This document shows positions 63,515-64,000 of a DNA stretch of 64,000 bases, one piece after another. Source of the stretch: Ramazzottius varieornatus (taxonomy: Eukaryota; Animalia; Tardigrada); assembly GCA_001949185.1 (NCBI GenBank), contig BDGG01000003.1, forward strand, positions 314,679 through 378,678, given 5' to 3'. Within the stretch, counting starts at the first letter, position 1; the number at the start of each line of letters is the position of its first letter. Below the pieces are notes generated by a model. That model saw only the letters and a list, made by a program, of their open reading frames with translations, did no database searches and had not been told where the DNA came from. The translations under genes and the position numbers were made by a program.

Positions 63515-64000
63515 ATGGTAGCTGTCCCAGGTTTGACGGTGAATGTTCCTGCTAAACGCGGCCCACCAACGTTCTTCCGGCAATTATGGACTATGATACG
63601 CCGAAATTTACTGTTGAAACGCCGTGCGCTGAAGACAACCATTCTGGTACTGTCGGGTGCATTTTCCCATAGAATAAAATTCCAACCAGGTAGAGCATTC
63701 CAAAGAAAATATCGGTTACAAGGCTATGTACTTGTGTTTAGGAGATCTTTTTCCCGTCACTGTTCCTGATCCAGTTCATCTTCTTCGGATTTATACTCAA
63801 ATCCCAAAAGTCCGAGTTACCCGAAATTCCAGAATTTGCCTCCGACCCGATCAAATATCCAGGTGTCCTATTCAACAGCACGCCCACCTTTTCCATTGCC
63901 TACACTCCTGTCACGGCCCGAACCAACCAAACCATGCTGTTCACTTCCTATGCCTGGTCTCGCGCTCGGCCTGGTTCACTTCTAATTTACATACCTTTCG
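63515..64000 (+). CDS. ABCA-subfamily transporter, 5' end (runs off the window). Exons 63515-63646, 63742-
   Basis: FFRQLWTMIRRNLLLKRR..TTIL|EIFFPSLF is the hallmark ABCA N-terminus; IAYTP follows. Confidence 0.85.

Overview
Eukaryotic, gene-dense invertebrate DNA with mostly short GT-AG introns. The compact architecture is consistent with a tardigrade-like ecdysozoan, but that is an inference. Spliced host genes from left to right: PTK7/off-track 7-Ig pseudokinase, secreted chitin-binding (CBM14) protein, glycine-N-acyltransferase-like GNAT, RIC3, an AltMIEF1-like LYR micro-protein only 54 nt upstream of RBMX2, a fasciclin protein, a 4-TM protein, bifunctional PAM, a small secreted EGF-domain precursor, ANAPC4, an epsin-like ENTH protein, an orphan with a mitochondrial-type presequence, and the 5' end of an ABCA transporter. 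SET-domain and BTB pseudogenes are also present. Mobile DNA includes a decayed hAT, a Tc5/pogo-like element, a near-intact PIF/Harbinger, a Ngaro/DIRS retroelement with a Tc1 inserted in its recombinase, and many MITEs and foldbacks. Top leads: (1) a 12-bp inverted repeat with a fixed 25-nt spacer, seen 9 times and only in introns of four unrelated genes; (2) a probable LYR-microprotein/RBMX2 bicistron; (3) a Gly-ended, furin-cleavable EGF precursor next to PAM, the enzyme that amidates C-terminal Gly. Exon boundaries were read by eye and may be off by a few nt.
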